64,000 nt of DNA from Azolla caroliniana. Lineage: Eukaryota > Plantae > Polypodiophyta. Position 1 is the stretch's first letter, and each line of letters begins with the position of its first letter. A program made the translations under genes and the position numbers. The stretch is from positions 3,596,001 through 3,660,000 of the forward strand of contig JBHGNT010000017.1 in the NCBI GenBank assembly GCA_043228905.1, written 5' to 3'. This document shows positions 61,360-64,000 of the stretch, one piece after another. A model generated the notes under the pieces. That model saw only the letters and a program-made list of their open reading frames with translations, did no database searches and was not told the DNA's origin.

Positions 61360-63205
61360 TGTTGGGATTTACGGTCCCTCCGGATGGGATGTCCGGAGAT
61401 GAATGACGGCAAGCCCGGAGGCTGTTACGGAACCGTATGATGAAGAGTACCCGGCATGAGGCCGGATGAAGAGTACCCGGTTACGGAGCCGGATGATGAA
61501 GACCCCAGTTACGGAGCCGGATGACGTATGTACCCGGAGAGAGAGATCCGGATGCGGGGACATATTTGTGAATATGTTTGCCAAGGGCCCTTGAGGCTAT
61601 ATTTGTAAATAGCCCGAAAGTCATATATGTATAAATATGACTTAGGGCAAACAGTTTATGTTGTTGCTCATTTTTCTGTTTCACTTAGAGAGAGTGAAGA
61701 GAGCAGCCGCGAGAGAGAGAGAGAGACGAAGAGGTCGTTGCCTCTGTGTATTGCCGCCCCCTGTGGCGAAGACAGTGAGCCCAAGGTTGTTGCCTTGAAG
61801 CTTCACCATTGTACATCCCTGTTCATAGTGATAGTTGGAGTTTGAGGACTCCCGTGGTTTTTTTTTCCATTTAGGGTTTTCCACGAAAAATATCCTGTGT
61901 ACTCTTCTCTCTATAGTCTTCGTGTACTTTGTATTTCCTATTTTCTGTGAGTTGATCCTATTCCTCGGTTGTGGCCGAGCATCGTTTGCAACAAATTGGT
62001 ATCAGAGCAACGGTAACACAGAAAATGGAAGGCGGCAGCAGCGGGCAGCCGGGGATGATGGTGCTGAATGCGCAGAACTACGCCGACTGGAAGATAAAGA
62101 TGGAGGATCTGCTCATTGTTCGGGACCTGTATGAACCGATTGACAGGTCGGAAATACCCAAGGGGGTACTTGAGACGGAATGGAGGCTTCTGAACCGGAA
62201 AGCCGTTGCAACCATTCGGCAATACGTCGACGTGAGCGTTCTACAACATGTGGCGAACGACATCAACGCATATGAGATGTGGCGGAAGCTGTCGGGCCTC
62301 TACGAGAGGAAGAATGCGTTGAACCGGACCTCCCTGATGAGAAAGATAGTGAACCTCAAGTACCGGGACGGCGAGAGTATGGTTGAACACGTAAGCACGT
62401 TCATGGGATTCGTGAATCAGCTTGCGGCGATCAAGTTCCCGTTGGAGGATGCAATGCAAGCCATCATCCTGATGTGTACATTGCCGGATAGCTGGGAGAA
62501 CTTGGTGGTGACTCTCAGCACCTCCTGCACCGAAGATAACTTGTCTCTACAAACGGTAAAGACAAGTATTTTGAACGAAGAAGCGCGTCGAAGAGATAAA
62601 GAACCGGCCTCCGACTCGAAGGCGCTGCTTACCGAATCGGAACGGGGAAGACAATGGAACCGGAGTCCGCAAAGACGGGAGAAGTCGGGGACCCGGTCGC
62701 AGTCAAGAGGAAGGCCCACGTGCTTCCACTGTGGGAAGCCGGGGCACTTCCGGAAGAATTGTCGGCATTACCGAAAGGACAACGGAGCCGACGACACCGA
62801 TTCGAAGAAGTCACCGGAGAGAAACGGTGCATACCGGGGAGCCACGGACCGGAGAGGTCCGGATCGGCGAGGGCAGGACTGGAAAGGAACGACGGCACTC
62901 GCGGCAAGTGAAGAAGAGATAATGCTCATTACCGAAGAGAGGGAGCTGAACCTTGCCGGTGAAGAGATGACCTGGGTGGTCGATTCCGGAGCGTCGTTCC
63001 ACCTGACCCCGGAGAAGAAATACTTCTCATCCTACACAGCCGGTGAGCATGGCTGTGTCCGGATGGGAAATGAAGATACATGCCGGATTGCCGGCATAGG
63101 AGACGTATGGCTGATGACATCAACCGGATGCAAGATGCTGCTGAAGGATGTACGACACGTTCCGGAGGTCCGATTGAACCTGATTTCGGCCGGGAGGCTA
63201 GACGA
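61360..63205 (+). mobile_element. Tnt1-like Ty1/copia element: 5' LTR, PBS and open gag-protease, interrupted at 63206
   Basis: LTR ~61360-61993 (TG...CA, CCGGATGA repeats in U3), PBS TGGTATCAGAGC at 61997-62008, ATG at 62025. CFHCGKPGHFRKNC, WVVDSGASFH, LKDVRHVPEVRLNLISAGRLDD with no stops. The LTR start is inferred because no second LTR is in the window. Confidence 0.9.
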
Positions 63206-64000
63206 TGTCGTGCCTTTCGGCTCCGGATCGTTGCGTGAGTCGGGTGGGAACCACAGAGGTCTTGGACTAGGAGAAAGAAGTTCGTGAGATAGAGATTAAT
63301 TACGAGTAAATAGCAAAGAGAAAGATAAGAAACTCGTGAATCACACGAGTATACTATATTAATTGGTACTTAGGGTGTTAAGAGAGAAGTAGATGTATAA
63401 ATCGTGAATCCCACGAATAAATTTTGTATTGATTAATTCTTAATCCAAATAATCAACAACCCTTTACATATTTCTCTCCTCCTTATATAAGGAAAGAAGA
63501 GCTAAGCATGGCTTCATGCTTCTTTTTTTTTACAAAAAGTGTTCATGTCCACTAAATGTGCATGTGATGCTTTTTTATTTCCTAAGTATAGGGCTCATGC
63601 ACGCTAGATGTGCATGAGTTATTTTTAGTGTCTCGTGTTTTTCTTTTTCATATATTAAAAAATACACAATTTACCTTTTAATAAAGGTATGCATAAATAA
63701 AGGTCTTATACGTATTAAATCTATATTTAAAACACTTAAGATAAGTTAATGTAATGGTAAGGTTGGGGTTTATCAACGTGGAGGTGCAGAGTTCGAATCA
63801 CGCCCTGCGCAGTAGTGAGTATTTCCTTTTTTTTACATTTATGTCTCTTTATCCGGCTCTTCCTTGCCGGTATGCCGTTTTCTTCCTTGCCGGTATGCCG
63901 TTTTTCCTCCTTGCCGGTATGCCGTTTTCTTCCGGTTCTCACCAAGCACTCCATTCTCTATCCGGAGGGACAAAAATATAATTTCCACATAGTGTGCAAC
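63206..64000 (-). mobile_element. Probable LTR of a younger element nested in the Tnt1-like copia, truncated by the window end
   Basis: Copia homology stops abruptly at a TG dinucleotide (TGTCGTGCC). LTR-like composition follows, with CCTTATATAAGG and 3 tandem CCTTGCCGGTATGCCGTTTT repeats (63862-63928). Orientation is inferred. Confidence 0.6.

Noticed and set aside
63745-63810. Intact tRNA gene
   Set aside because: Acceptor and anticodon stems do not pair; kept only as a tRNA-like promoter finding.

Overview
Eukaryotic, AT-rich land-plant nuclear DNA with GT-AG introns, plant-type gene families and many (CT)n/(CA)n microsatellites. The PPR and retroelement style suggests a fern, but that is an inference. 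Four apparently intact genes were assembled by hand: (1) an intronless ATL-type RING-H2 E3 ligase (6128-6697, -); (2) a 4-exon, probably secreted plant protein of unknown function resembling the At1g17030/At2g47010 family (12266-15508, -); (3) an 8-exon XB3/XBAT31-like ankyrin-RING E3 ligase (32410-35545, +); (4) a 5-exon NIP-II aquaporin (37732-40119, -). There are two pseudogenes, a PLS-class PPR and a second NIP. The rest is transposon debris: several L1-type LINE fragments, a LINE remnant of a different clade, hAT remnants and MITEs, and a 42-64 kb retroelement stack. The stack contains a full-length copia nested in a LINE, a second full-length copia, and a third copia interrupted by another LTR. 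I found no CRISPR array, rRNA or intact tRNA gene, and no clearly new multi-gene system. The best leads are the triplicated splice acceptor and unusual residues of the NIP gene, a fixed-spacing 3' motif shared by diverged LINEs, a ~220-codon extension of copia pol between two PPT-like motifs, and a tRNA-like A/B box inside an LTR.
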